Counted from the first letter of the stretch, positions 18,787-29,920 are shown. The stretch is DNA of 43,316 nucleotides from Allosphingosinicella sp. (GCA_036388655.1 DASVRK010000102.1:1-43316); one strand, 5' to 3'. The notes: generated from the sequence alone by a model not told the origin. Translations and numbers: made by a program.

Positions 18787-20169
18787 GTGGTGGGGCTCGA
18801 GCCGCTTTTTGCCGGCCTCGACTTCGTCATGCGCGAGGCCGCGCTGTTCGCGGCCACCAGCTTTCTTGTTCTCGGCGCCGGCGACGTCCTGGTCGACCTC
18901 CTCTGGCTGGCGCTGGTGGTGCGGCGGGGCGTGGCCGGCGACCGCCTGATCCGCGCCAGCGATCTCGCCGGCGCAGGGCAGCCCGGCACCATCGCGATCT
19001 TCGTTCCCGCCTGGGATGAGGCCGAAGTGATCGAGCCGATGCTGCGGCACGCCTTGCTGCGGCTCCGGCACGAGGATTTCGTGATCTATGTCGGCTGCTA
19101 CCCCAACGATCCCGCCACCATCGCAGCGGTCGCGAGGGTAGGCGATCCGCGCGTGCGGCTGGTGGTCGGGCCGCTGCCGGGGCCGACCACCAAGGCCGAT
19201 TGCCTCAACCGCATCTGGGCGGCGATGGTCCTCGACGAGAGGCTGAAGCGGCGGCGGGTGCGGGCAATCGTCCTGCACGACGCCGAGGATGTCGTCGACC
19301 CGGACGAATTGTTCGTCTTCGACGTGCTGATCGGCCGCTTCGACATGGTCCAGCTCCCGGTCTTTCCGCTGGTCGACGAGAATTCGCGCTGGATCGCCGG
19401 CCATTATGCCGACGAGTTCGCCGAGTCGCACGGCAAGGAGATGGTGGTGCGCCAGGCGATCGGCGCCGCCTTGCCGTCGGCCGGGGTCGGCTGCGCCTTT
19501 GCCCGCGAGGCGCTGGAGGACATTGCCGCCGCGCGGGGCGGAGGGCCGTTCGACGCGGGCAGCATCACCGAGGATTATGAGCTCGGGCTCAGGCTGCGCG
19601 CCTTGGGCGGGCGCGCCGCCTTCGTGAGGCTGCCCGGCCGCGACGGCCGCTCATTGGTCGTGACCAAGGAATATTTCCCCGCCACGCTCGAAGCCGCGGT
19701 CGCCCAGAAGGCGCGCTGGATGACCGGCATCGCCCTCGCCGGTTGGGACCGGCTCGGCTGGTCCGGAAGCCTCGCCGAGCGCTGGATGAGGATCCGCGAC
19801 CGGCAATCGCTGCTCGCGGCGCTGGCGCTCGGCGCCGGCTATGTCGCCGGCCTCATCTGGACAATGCTGACGCTGCGCCAGATCTTCCTCGGCATCGATG
19901 CCGACCCGGTGGCGCCGCTGCTCGCTCTATTCCTGCAGATCAACCTGGCGATGCTCGGCTGGCGCCTGATGGTGCGGTTCGCCTTCGTCACCCATGCCTA
20001 TGGCTGGCGCGAGGGGCTGCGCTCGCTCGCCCGGATTTTCGTCGGCAATATCATCGCCATGCTGGCCGCCCGCCGGGCGATCCTCGGCTACATCGCCATG
20101 CGGCGCACCGGCAGCGCGCGCTGGGACAAGACGGCGCATGCCTTCCCGGTTGAAATGCCGGCCGAATGA
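18787..20169 (+). CDS. NfrB-like GT2 processive glycosyltransferase (phage N4 adsorption protein B family)
   Basis: VPAWDE, GCYPND, GPTTKADCLN, LHDAED, PSAGVG, TEDY, QKARW (QxxRW) and terminal WDKTAHAFP. Start is GTG 18787 (after GGAGA) or ATG 18760. Confidence 0.88.
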   Translation: MVGLEPLFAGLDFVMREAALFAATSFLVLGAGDVLVDLLWLALVVRRGVAGDRLIRASDLAGAGQPGTIAIFVPAWDEAEVIEPMLRHALLRLRHEDFVIYVGCYPNDPATIAAVARVGDPRVRLVVGPLPGPTTKADCLNRIWAAMVLDERLKRRRVRAIVLHDAEDVVDPDELFVFDVLIGRFDMVQLPVFPLVDENSRWIAGHYADEFAESHGKEMVVRQAIGAALPSAGVGCAFAREALEDIAAARGGGPFDAGSITEDYELGLRLRALGGRAAFVRLPGRDGRSLVVTKEYFPATLEAAVAQKARWMTGIALAGWDRLGWSGSLAERWMRIRDRQSLLAALALGAGYVAGLIWTMLTLRQIFLGIDADPVAPLLALFLQINLAMLGWRLMVRFAFVTHAYGWREGLRSLARIFVGNIIAMLAARRAILGYIAMRRTGSARWDKTAHAFPVEMPAE

Positions 20170-21221
20170 GGGCCGCTCCGCTACGCTTCCTGGTGGTGGT
20201 GGCGGGCGGCTGGATTTGCGCCCGCGCGGCGATCCTGATGCCGTGGGCGGAGAGCGCGGCCGAGCCCGCGCGCCAATCGGCGGCTGGTGCGGACTTGCCG
20301 TTCGCCGCCGGGCCTCCGGCGCCCGGTCCGGGCCGCGCGGCGGAGCGGGGCTCCAACCTGGCCGGGGCCACAGTCATTTGGCCGACATCGCTGCATCGCC
20401 CGAGGCAATTTGACTTGGTGCGGAGTTCGTCGGCGACCGGAGACGCGCCTGATCCGCTCGATCCAGTCACCACCTTCGCCGCCACTTTCGGCGCCGCCGA
20501 TACTTTGCCGGCACCGGCTCCCGCCTCGCTTCCGGTGCAGGCGGCCGCGCCGCTGGCGGTGCCGCCTTTCGCCCCGGATCGGCCGCCCGGCCGCTGGTCG
20601 GCTTCGGGCTGGGCCTTCCTCCGCCGCGGCGGTGAGCCTTCGCTGGCCTCCGGCGGCACCCTCGGCGGCAGCCAGATCGGCGCCCGCATCTTGTACCGCC
20701 TTAACCGCGACGCCGCCCGCCCGCTGTCGCTGGCGGCGCGCTTCTATTCGCCGCTGGAAAGCCGCGGCGCCGAGGCGTCGCTGGGGGTCGAGTGGCAGCC
20801 GCTGGCCGGCGTGCCGCTGCGGTTGCTGGCCGAACGGCGGCAGGCGCTGGACGATCGGGGCCGGTCCGCTTTCTCGCTGCTCGCGCATGGCGGCGTCAGC
20901 GATCGCCGCGTCGTCGGGCCGCTGCTGCTCGACGCTTATGCCCAGGCCGGCATCGTCGGCCTGCGCTCCGCCGACTTGTTCGCGGATGGATCGGCGCAGA
21001 TCGGCATCCCTATCGGGCGGGAAGGGCGGCTCAAGGTCGGCGCCGGCCTGTGGGGTGCGGTCCAGCCCGGCCTGTCCAGGCTCGATGCCGGTCCGCAGGC
21101 CTCATACCGGATGCGGCTGGGCGGCGCCGCCGTCCGCGTCGCCGCCGAATGGCGCTTCCGGATGGCGGGGGACGCCGCCCCGGCCTCCGGCCCGGCACTG
21201 ACCGTCGCCACCGAATTTTAG
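20166..21221 (+). CDS. hypothetical protein, probable outer-membrane beta-barrel (NfrA-C-like)
   Basis: ATGA overlap with the GT; N-terminal anchor, Pro-rich linker, alternating beta strands and C-terminal Phe. Confidence 0.7.
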   Translation: MRAAPLRFLVVVAGGWICARAAILMPWAESAAEPARQSAAGADLPFAAGPPAPGPGRAAERGSNLAGATVIWPTSLHRPRQFDLVRSSSATGDAPDPLDPVTTFAATFGAADTLPAPAPASLPVQAAAPLAVPPFAPDRPPGRWSASGWAFLRRGGEPSLASGGTLGGSQIGARILYRLNRDAARPLSLAARFYSPLESRGAEASLGVEWQPLAGVPLRLLAERRQALDDRGRSAFSLLAHGGVSDRRVVGPLLLDAYAQAGIVGLRSADLFADGSAQIGIPIGREGRLKVGAGLWGAVQPGLSRLDAGPQASYRMRLGGAAVRVAAEWRFRMAGDAAPASGPALTVATEF

Positions 21222-21266
21222 CGGGCCGCCTTCCTTGCCCCGCCGGAAGCCGCTAGCGCTTGCCCC

Positions 21267-22180
<914 letters not shown>

Positions 22181-22184
<4 letters not shown>

Positions 22185-22942
22185 GGCGGCTGCGCGCCTT
22201 GTTGCTCGCGCTCGCGCTGCCGCTCACGCTCGGCGCGACCGAGCCGCTGCTCGTGCCCGACGTGTCGCAGCGCAAGATCGAGATCCGCTATTCCTTCACC
22301 GGGGCGGAGCTGCTGCTGTTCGGCGCGATCATCTATCCGGGCGGACGCACCCCCAAGGAGCCGGCCGACATCGCCGTGGTGGTCAAGGGTCCGGCCGAGC
22401 CGATCCTGGTCAGGGAGAAGCAGAAAGTTGCCGGCATCTGGATGAACGTCGAAAGCGAGCGCTTCCGCTCGGCCCCCTCCTTCTACGCGGTCGCCTCCTC
22501 GCGCCCGCTGACCGAGCTGGTCGACGAGCGGATGGCCGCGATCTACGAGCTCGGGCTCGAAAATCTGCAGCTCTCGCCGGGCGCCGGCGCCAGCCCCGAG
22601 GAGCGCCGGCGGTTCGAGAGCGGCCTGATCGAGCTGATGCGCTCGCACCAGCTCTACGTCGAAGCGCCGCGCGGCGTCGAGATCACCGGCGGCGTCCTCT
22701 ACCGCGCCCGCCTCAATATTCCGGCCCGGGTCCCGGTCGGCAATTATACGGCGGAGACCTTCCTCATCCAGGACGGCCGCGTGCTGGCCGCGGCGGTGCG
22801 CGAGATCAGGATCGAGAAGCTCGGCTTCGAACGCTTCGTCGCCGAGGCCGCCGAGCGCTGGTCGTTCGGCTACGGGCTGGTGGCGGTGCTGGTTTCGCTG
22901 TTCCTCGGCTGGGGCGGAAGCGCGGTTTTCCGCCGCGTGTGA
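22181..22942 (+). CDS. TIGR02186 family protein
   Basis: GTGA overlap with tauE; I.IRYSFTGAELLLFGAI, VREKQKVAGIWMN, PSFYAVAS, LYRARLNIPARVPVGNY, KLGFE and a C-terminal TM. Confidence 0.88.
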
Positions 22943-23033
22943 ACCCCCGCGGGGCCACGCACATCACTTATTTACCCTTCTTCGTTAGCAAAACGCGGTG
23001 GAACGCAACGCAAATGAAAGTCCGCCCGTCACC

Positions 23034-24731
23034 ATGACCGACATGATGAACTATCAAAGCTTTCAGGATGACGAGCAGGGCGAGACCCGCCGCCCCACCA
23101 TCAAGCAGGTCGAATTGCCGCCTCCGACCACCCGGCACGAGCAGATCGGGAAGATCGTTCAGGTTTCCGGCGGCGGCGCCCGCATCCAGATGCGGAGCGC
23201 GCGGCTGCGCGAGCTGGCGCTCGAGACCGATCCCAGCGTCGCCATGTCCGGCCAGGTCGGCAGCCAGGTGAAGCTCGAATCCGGCCGGCGCTGGCTGCTC
23301 GCCAACGTTCGAAACCTGTGCGTCACCGACAGCGAGGGCGACGTCATCGTCGCCGAGATCGACTTTCTTGGCGAGGGCGACGAGGACGAGCAGACCGGGC
23401 GCCTGGTCAACTTCAAGCGCGGCGTCACCGGCTACCCGATCCCGGGCAATCGCGTGTTCCCCGTCACCAGCGCCGATTTGAAGCAGATGTTCGCCGCCGA
23501 CGAGCGGCCGCATATCGAGATCGGCACCGTCTATCCGACCAAGGACGTGCGCGGCGCGCTCTATGTCGACGCGATGCTCGGCAAGCATTTCGCCCTCCTG
23601 GGCTCGACCGGCACCGGCAAGTCCACCTCCGCGGCCCTGATCATGCACCGCATCTGCGACATGGCCCCCGAAGGCCACATCGTCATGATCGATCCGCACG
23701 GCGAATATTCGGCCGCCTTCAAGGGCTATGGCGAGCTGTTCAACGTCGACAACCTCGCCATGCCTTATTGGCTGATGAACTTCGAAGAGCATTGCGAGGT
23801 GATCGTCACCTCCTCGGGCGCCGACCGGCAGCGCGATGCCGACATCCTCGCCAAATGCCTGCTCCACGCGCGGTCGAAGAACCGGGTGGCGGAGGGGCTG
23901 ACCAAGCTCACCGTCGATTCGCCGATCCCCTACACGCTCACCGATCTCACCACCGCGATCACCAACGAGATGGGCCTGCTCAACAAGGCGACCGACACCG
24001 CGCCCTATATGCGGCTCAAGACCAAGCTTGACGAGCTCAAGGCCGATCCGCGCTACAGCTTCATGTTCTCCGGCATGCTCGTCGCCGACAGTATGACCAG
24101 CTTCATCTCCAAGATCTTCCGCCTGCCCGCCAAGGGCAAGCCGATCTCGATTGTCGATGTGTCGGGCGTCCCGTCGGACATCACCTCGGTGGTGGTGGCG
24201 GTGCTGTCGCGGCTGGTGTTCGATTATGCGATCTGGTCGCGCAACGAGCTCCAGCGCCCGGTCCTGCTCATCTGCGAGGAAGCGCATCGCTACGTGCCCT
24301 CCGACAAGACGTCGAGCGGCCAGGCCGTGCGCAAGATCCTCGAGCGGATCGCCAAGGAAGGCCGTAAATACGGCGTCTCGCTCGGCCTCATTACCCAGCG
24401 GCCGTCCGATCTCGCCGAGGGCGTGCTCTCGCAATGCGGCACGATCATCGCGATGCGGCTCAACAACGAGCGCGACCAGGCCTTCGTCAAATCGGCGATG
24501 CCGGAGGGCGCGCGCGGTTTCCTCGACGTGATCCCGGCGCTTCGCAACCGCGAATGCATCGTCTGCGGCGAGGGCGTGTCGATCCCGATCCGGGTCTCGT
24601 TCGACGATCTCGAGCGCGACCGCCGGCCGGCCTCGTCCGATCCGGCCTTTTCCGAGCTCTGGAAGCAGACCGGCGACGAGGAGGCGATGGTCGCCCGCGT
24701 CGTCAAACGCTGGCGCGCCCAGGGGCGCTAA
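23034..24731 (+). CDS. HerA/FtsK-superfamily ATPase (DUF87/DUF853-like)
   Basis: KHFALLGSTGTGKS (Walker A), IDPHGEY, ICEEAHRY (Walker B) and IAKEGRKYGVSLGLITQRPS; N-terminal HAS-barrel-like region. Start uncertain (22998-23046). Confidence 0.9.
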   Translation: MTDMMNYQSFQDDEQGETRRPTIKQVELPPPTTRHEQIGKIVQVSGGGARIQMRSARLRELALETDPSVAMSGQVGSQVKLESGRRWLLANVRNLCVTDSEGDVIVAEIDFLGEGDEDEQTGRLVNFKRGVTGYPIPGNRVFPVTSADLKQMFAADERPHIEIGTVYPTKDVRGALYVDAMLGKHFALLGSTGTGKSTSAALIMHRICDMAPEGHIVMIDPHGEYSAAFKGYGELFNVDNLAMPYWLMNFEEHCEVIVTSSGADRQRDADILAKCLLHARSKNRVAEGLTKLTVDSPIPYTLTDLTTAITNEMGLLNKATDTAPYMRLKTKLDELKADPRYSFMFSGMLVADSMTSFISKIFRLPAKGKPISIVDVSGVPSDITSVVVAVLSRLVFDYAIWSRNELQRPVLLICEEAHRYVPSDKTSSGQAVRKILERIAKEGRKYGVSLGLITQRPSDLAEGVLSQCGTIIAMRLNNERDQAFVKSAMPEGARGFLDVIPALRNRECIVCGEGVSIPIRVSFDDLERDRRPASSDPAFSELWKQTGDEEAMVARVVKRWRAQGR

Positions 24732-24757
24732 GCCTCAGGGGGGAGCAGGCTCCCTGC

Positions 24758-24894
24758 CGTCATCCCAGCGGAAGCTGGGTTCTCACTATCTTCACACCAA
24801 CTTCACACCAGACAAGGGAACGTCATCCCAGCGAAAGCGGGGATCTCACTGCCTTTGATCTCGAAGAGAGATTCCAGCGTGCGCTGGAATGACG
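24758..24894. repeat. cluster of three CGTC-type REP units
   Basis: Two direct units at 24758-24787 and 24821-24850 and one inverted unit at 24868-24894; same family as 13374-13507. Confidence 0.9.
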
Positions 24895-24913
24895 ATCCGG
24901 CGCGAAAGTCGCC

Positions 24914-26455
24914 TCAGGTCCGCCCGGCGGCCTTGCCCGGCTCCGCCTTCGCCTGCTGGACCTCGCCGCGCACGGCGCCGACGGGCACCGACAGCAGCCC
25001 GTGCAGGCGGCTGCGGAAGCCGGCCAGCTCCTCGCCGCTCAGCTGCGCCCGCATGGTGAATTTCACCGACGCCGGATTGATCGGAACGCCGTTGCGATAA
25101 AGCTCGTAATGGAGGTGCGGCCCGGTCGAGAGGCCGGTCGAACCGACATAGCCGATCACCTGGCCCTGCTTGACGAACGCGCCTGGCTGGGCGGTGATCC
25201 GGCTCATGTGCGAATAGGAGGTCAAGAGGCCGCCGCCATGGCGGATGCGGACCTGGCGGCCATAGCCACCGGCCCAGCCCGCCGCGGAAATGCGGCCCTC
25301 GGTGGCGGCGAGGATTGGGGTGCCGTAACCCGCCCTGAAGTCCATCCCCTTGTGCATCCGCGAATAGCCGAGGATCGGGTGGCGGCGCATGCCGAAGTTC
25401 GAGGAGACCGCGCCGGGAACCGGCCGCTGCAGCATGCCGCTCGCCTTGCCGACGCCGGTCGCTTCGAACCATTGCGTCTTGCCGCCCTGCTCCCACTGCA
25501 TCAGCTGGAGGTCCTTGCCGCCCGAGCGGCGGAGGCCCGCGAACAGGAGCTTGCCGGTCTCGGTCTCGCCGGTCGCGGCGCGGCGATGTTCGAGGATGAT
25601 GTCGTAGCGGTCGTCCGCCTCGACGCTGCCGATGTTGATCTGCCCGGCAATCGCCCGGATATAGGCTTCGACCGCCTTGGCCGGCGCGCCGGCGGCGCGG
25701 GCCGATCGGTACAGGCTCGATCCGACCAATCCCTGGATGCGGAGCGGCCTATTGTCGACCGCGATCGGGATCGGCGTCATGGCCAGCCGGCCGTCGACCC
25801 GGGCGATCTCCAGCTTGAGGTCGACGCGGGCGCGGAACGCCAGCGCTTCGAGCGGCCGGGCGACGCTCTTGTTCGGCCGGCGCCCGAGCGTGATGTCGAG
25901 CATGGTGCCGGGCCGGATCTCGTCCAGCGGGACCGCCCCGGCCACCATCGCGCCGATCGCGTCGGCTTCGGCGCGGGCGACGCCGGCGCGTTCGAGCACG
26001 CGCGTGAAGCCGTCGCCGCGGCCGAGCGTGGCGAACAGGTCAACGCTCGGTCTTTCCGGCGTATCGAGCAAAGGCGCGACCGCGTCGGTCGGCGACATCC
26101 GGCGGCCGGTGTCGGCGCCAAGCGCCAGCGGCGAGATGGCGAGCGCGCGCGCTTCCTCCCATTGCGCCTCCGGAAGCGGGGCCGGCGATGCGCCCACAAG
26201 CGCGCTCGCGCTGGGAGCGAACGACCAGGCGCCGTAGCAAAGCGCAAGGCAGGTAGCGGCGCCGCGCAGCCATTCGCGCGATCCGATCCTGACACCGAGG
26301 TCGACGACCAGGTCGAGTTCGCCGATCCGCGCGCGCAGGCCGTGGAGCCGATTATGGGATGTCGGAGCGGGGCGCGCGCGAAGCAGTGCGGCATCGAGGC
26401 TGAGGGCAGCCGTGCCCCCGCCCGCGCCGGCGCTGAAATCGTTGAACTGATACAA
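24914..26455 (-). CDS. M23 family peptidoglycan endopeptidase (MepM-like)
   Basis: SSNFGMRRHPILG...HKGMD (HxxxD), YSHMS and GLSTGPHLHYE (HxH). Probable TTG start at 26455. Confidence 0.9.
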   Translation of the reverse strand: MYQFNDFSAGAGGGTAALSLDAALLRARPAPTSHNRLHGLRARIGELDLVVDLGVRIGSREWLRGAATCLALCYGAWSFAPSASALVGASPAPLPEAQWEEARALAISPLALGADTGRRMSPTDAVAPLLDTPERPSVDLFATLGRGDGFTRVLERAGVARAEADAIGAMVAGAVPLDEIRPGTMLDITLGRRPNKSVARPLEALAFRARVDLKLEIARVDGRLAMTPIPIAVDNRPLRIQGLVGSSLYRSARAAGAPAKAVEAYIRAIAGQINIGSVEADDRYDIILEHRRAATGETETGKLLFAGLRRSGGKDLQLMQWEQGGKTQWFEATGVGKASGMLQRPVPGAVSSNFGMRRHPILGYSRMHKGMDFRAGYGTPILAATEGRISAAGWAGGYGRQVRIRHGGGLLTSYSHMSRITAQPGAFVKQGQVIGYVGSTGLSTGPHLHYELYRNGVPINPASVKFTMRAQLSGEELAGFRSRLHGLLSVPVGAVRGEVQQAKAEPGKAAGRT

Positions 26456-26659
26456 GCGGAAAAGCCCCCGCTGCCCCTGGAAAACCCCGCTCTCGCGTGG
26501 CCCGATGACTGTGGGGAAAGAGGGTAAAAGTAAAGTAAAGCGAATCCGGCCTTCGTTCCAGTTGCGACGAGCCGCCTGCATGGGGCGGCGGGACGAGCCG
26601 CGGCGATGGAACCGCTTTGATTTGTTGCGCTTCCTCCTTGCCGTGCCAATCTAGCGGGC

Positions 26660-29176
26660 ATGAGCGATTTCGCGCGCGCGCCGCTGGCCGCCATCCTTGG
26701 GCCGACCAACACCGGCAAGACCCACCTCGCGGTCGAGCGGATGGCCGCGCATTCGAGCGGCATGATCGGCTTTCCGCTGCGCCTGCTCGCACGCGAAGTC
26801 TACGACCGCGTCGTCAAGCTCAAAGGCCCGAAGCAGGTCGCGCTCATCACCGGCGAGGAGAAGATCCTGCCGAAGGACGCGCGCTGGTTCCTGTGCACCG
26901 CCGAATCGATGCCGATGGAGCGCGACTTCGCGTTCGTCGCCCTGGACGAGGCGCAGCTCGGCGCCGATCCGGAGCGCGGCCACGTCTTCACCGATCGCAT
27001 GCTCCACGCCCGCGGCCGCGAGGAGACGATGATCCTCGGCTCGGAGGCGCTCGCGCCGATGGTGCGCGCCTTGCTGCCCAAGGCCGAGATCATTGGCCGG
27101 CCGCGTTTCTCCACCCTGAGCTATGCCGGCGCGACCAAGCTGTCGCGGCTCCCGCCCCGCTCCGCCATCGTCGCTTTTTCGGCCGAGCAGGTTTATGCCG
27201 TGGCCGAGATGCTGCGCCGGATGCGCGGCGGCGCCGCCGTCGTGATGGGCGCGCTCTCCCCCCGCACCCGCAACGCCCAGGTGGCGATGTACCAGGCCGG
27301 CGAGGTCGATTATCTCGTCGCGACCGACGCGATCGGCATGGGGCTCAACATGGACGTCGCCCATGTCGCCTTTGCGGGCCTGTCGAAATTCGACGGCCGG
27401 CGCCGGCGCCGCCTGACACCCGCCGAAATGGCGCAGATTGCCGGCCGCGCGGGACGCCACCAGCGCGACGGGACGTTCGGGTCGCTGACGCTGGAGGGCG
27501 AGTCGGCCGCCGAATTCCGTCCCGAGGAGATCGACGCGATCGAAGGGCATCGCTTCGCCCCGCTCGACCATCTTTTCTGGCGCGAGGGCGATCCGGATTT
27601 CCGCAGCGTCGACGCGTTGATCCGTTCGCTCGAGCGCCGGCCCGACCGGGCGTGCCTCAGGGCGGCGCCGGAGGCGGTCGACCTCGCCGTGCTGAAGCGG
27701 CTGGCCGAGGATCCGGAGGTCCGCGCCCGTGCGACCGGTTACGACCGGGTCCGCACCTTGTGGTCGGCTTGCGGGCTGCCCGATTTCCGCAAGACCGGTC
27801 CCGAGCACCATGCGCGCCTGGTCGCGCGCCTCTACACCCATCTCAGCGAGGGCAATGGCCGCATTCCGCAGGGCTGGTATGCCGAGCAGGTCGCCCGGCT
27901 CGACAATGTCCAAGGCGACATCGAGACGCTTGCCGACCGCATCGCCGGCGTGCGCACCTGGGCCTATATCGCCCATCGGGCCGACTGGCTGGTGAGCCCG
28001 GAGGAGATGGCGGAGCGCACCCGCGCGGTCGAGGAGAAATTGTCCGACGCCCTCCACGAGCGGTTGACCCAGCGCTTCGTCGACCGGCGCACGTCGGTGC
28101 TGCTGCGCGACATCGGCCGCAAGGGCGCGGGCGAATTCCCGGTGCTGGTCGACGAGCAGGGCGAGGTCACCGTCGGCAGCTTCCCGATCGGCCGGATGGA
28201 GGGCTTTGCGTTCGAAGTCGATCCGACCGCGCGCCACGCCGACCGCAAGATGCTGCTCGCCACCGCCGAGCGCCGGCTCGGGGGGGAATATGAGAAGCGC
28301 GCCGCCGCCCTGGTCGCCGACACGGACGACCATTTCACGCTTCGGACCGAGCCGGGGCAGCCGGTCGCGATCCTGTGGCGCGGGCATGAAGTGGCCCGGC
28401 TCGGGCCCGGCAAGAATCTGCTGTCGCCGCGGGTGCTGCTCGACCGCCGCATCGAGCGGCTGTCGGAACGCGGCCGCGAGGCGGTGATCGAGCGGCTCAA
28501 AAATTGGGTGCGGCACCAGGTCGAGCGCGCGCTCGGCCCGCTCCGCGCGGCCGGGGCGGCCGCCCAGGATGCCGCCGCGCCGTCCGCGGTCCGCGCGATC
28601 GTCGCGATGCTGGTCGACGATGGCGGCATCGTCGCGCGCGATGCCGTCGCCCAGCCGCTCGCTCAGCTCGATCGCGAGCAGCGCCGCCACATCGCCCGGC
28701 TCAAGGTGAGGATCGGGACGCTCGACCTGTTCATGCCCGATGTGCTGAAGCCCGAGGCGCGGCGCTGGCGGACCGCGCTTCGCGCCGCCGCGTCGGGCGC
28801 GGCCATGCCCGAGCTGCCGCCGCACGCCAGCGTGGTCCTGCCGACGCCCGAGGACGAGCGGCGCCTTCTCCTCGCGCGGCTCGGCTTCCGGGCCCTCGGC
28901 CCGCAGATGCTCCGCGTCGACCTCGTCGAGCGGCTCGCCCGCCACGCCCATGAGGCGCGGGCGGGCAAGCATGGCCAGGTGGTCGACGAGACGCTCGCCA
29001 CCTCGCTCGGCCTGCAGCCGCAGGCGATCGCCCGGCTGATGAAGGAGATCGGCTTCCGTCCGGCCCAGAGCGAGGCCGGCTGGATCTGGACAGGACGCGA
29101 GCGCCGCCGCCCCGCCACCGCCGCCGGGCGGGGCCATGCCTTCGCCGCGCTTGCCGGGCTCCGCCGGGGTGGCTGA
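26660..29176 (+). CDS. SUV3-like superfamily 2 helicase (MgpS-like)
   Basis: GPTNTGKT, PLRLLAREVY, DEAQ, ATDAIGMGLN and QIAGRAGR motifs. Confidence 0.92.
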   Translation: MSDFARAPLAAILGPTNTGKTHLAVERMAAHSSGMIGFPLRLLAREVYDRVVKLKGPKQVALITGEEKILPKDARWFLCTAESMPMERDFAFVALDEAQLGADPERGHVFTDRMLHARGREETMILGSEALAPMVRALLPKAEIIGRPRFSTLSYAGATKLSRLPPRSAIVAFSAEQVYAVAEMLRRMRGGAAVVMGALSPRTRNAQVAMYQAGEVDYLVATDAIGMGLNMDVAHVAFAGLSKFDGRRRRRLTPAEMAQIAGRAGRHQRDGTFGSLTLEGESAAEFRPEEIDAIEGHRFAPLDHLFWREGDPDFRSVDALIRSLERRPDRACLRAAPEAVDLAVLKRLAEDPEVRARATGYDRVRTLWSACGLPDFRKTGPEHHARLVARLYTHLSEGNGRIPQGWYAEQVARLDNVQGDIETLADRIAGVRTWAYIAHRADWLVSPEEMAERTRAVEEKLSDALHERLTQRFVDRRTSVLLRDIGRKGAGEFPVLVDEQGEVTVGSFPIGRMEGFAFEVDPTARHADRKMLLATAERRLGGEYEKRAAALVADTDDHFTLRTEPGQPVAILWRGHEVARLGPGKNLLSPRVLLDRRIERLSERGREAVIERLKNWVRHQVERALGPLRAAGAAAQDAAAPSAVRAIVAMLVDDGGIVARDAVAQPLAQLDREQRRHIARLKVRIGTLDLFMPDVLKPEARRWRTALRAAASGAAMPELPPHASVVLPTPEDERRLLLARLGFRALGPQMLRVDLVERLARHAHEARAGKHGQVVDETLATSLGLQPQAIARLMKEIGFRPAQSEAGWIWTGRERRRPATAAGRGHAFAALAGLRRGG

Positions 29177-29468
29177 CAGCCTGCGGCTCGACAAATTCCT
29201 GTGGTTCGCCCGGATCGTAAAGACGCGCGCTTTGGCCCAGCAGCTCGCCGAGCAGGGCCGGCTGCGGCTCGGCGGCCGGGTCATCGACCGCGCCCATGCT
29301 CCGGTCCGGGTCGGCGACGTGCTGAGCTTCGCCGTCCGCGGCAACGTTCGGGTGCTTCGGGTGGAAGCCCTTCCAACCCGTCGCGGCCCGCCCGCCGAGG
29401 CGCGGGCGCTTTACAGCGAAGTCGTGCCGGCCGACGGGACGTTGACGAGCCGAGGCGCGGGCGACTAG
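29169..29468 (+). CDS. RNA-binding S4 domain protein (Hsp15/HslR-like)
   Basis: [20 protein letters not shown]...VRVGDVL...[15 protein letters not shown] at 29169 overlaps the helicase end. Confidence 0.9.
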   Translation: MADSLRLDKFLWFARIVKTRALAQQLAEQGRLRLGGRVIDRAHAPVRVGDVLSFAVRGNVRVLRVEALPTRRGPPAEARALYSEVVPADGTLTSRGAGD

Positions 29469-29494
29469 GGAATCCCCGTCCAGGAGAAGCGTCA

Positions 29495-29833
29495 ATGACC
29501 TATGTCGTCACCGAAGCCTGTATCCGCTGCAAATATATGGATTGCGTGGAAGTCTGCCCGGTCGACTGCTTCTACGAAGGCGACAACATGCTGGTGATTA
29601 ATCCCAGCGAATGCATCGATTGCGGCGTGTGCGAGCCGGAATGCCCGGCCGAGGCAATCCTGCCGGATACCGAGGTCGGCCTCGAAAAGTGGCTCGAGGT
29701 CAACGCGACCTACTCCGCCGAATGGCCGAACATCACCCGCAAGCGGGAATCTCCGGCCGACGCCGACGAGCATAAGGGCGAGGCGGGCAAGTTCGACAAA
29801 TATTTCAAGCCGGACCCCGGCCAAGGCGATTAG
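29495..29833 (+). CDS. fdxA: ferredoxin FdxA
   Basis: [29 protein letters not shown]...[24 protein letters not shown]. Confidence 0.95.
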   Translation: MTYVVTEACIRCKYMDCVEVCPVDCFYEGDNMLVINPSECIDCGVCEPECPAEAILPDTEVGLEKWLEVNATYSAEWPNITRKRESPADADEHKGEAGKFDKYFKPDPGQGD

Positions 29834-29920
29834 GCTCGGGCGTTGCGGCGGAGGCGGCGCCTCCGTCAACCGGCGCTTCGACAGGCGGCGGCAGATTTCC
29901 GATGAAGGGAGTCGAAACCC

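Noticed and set aside
17155..20169. 1004-aa ORF suggesting a DUF389-glycosyltransferase fusion or frameshift
   Set aside because: The first ~535 codons are an Arg/Gly/Pro-rich off-frame shadow of the DUF389 gene. Both genes are complete with their own starts and stops. The G7 run at 18653-18659 is not a convincing slippery site.
23034..24731. HerA-based anti-phage defence island
   Set aside because: No effector nuclease or Sir2 neighbour, no mobile genes and no visible compositional shift.
24758..24894. Possible mini-CRISPR (repeat-spacer-repeat)
   Set aside because: The third unit is inverted, the units match the dispersed REP at 13374, and there are no cas genes.
26651..29344. Long antisense ORFs (also 36639-38927, 6339-8252, 11640-13199, 22968-24434, 25001-26527 and others)
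   Set aside because: They mirror well-supported genes. This is expected from high GC3 codon bias, and they have no recognisable motifs.
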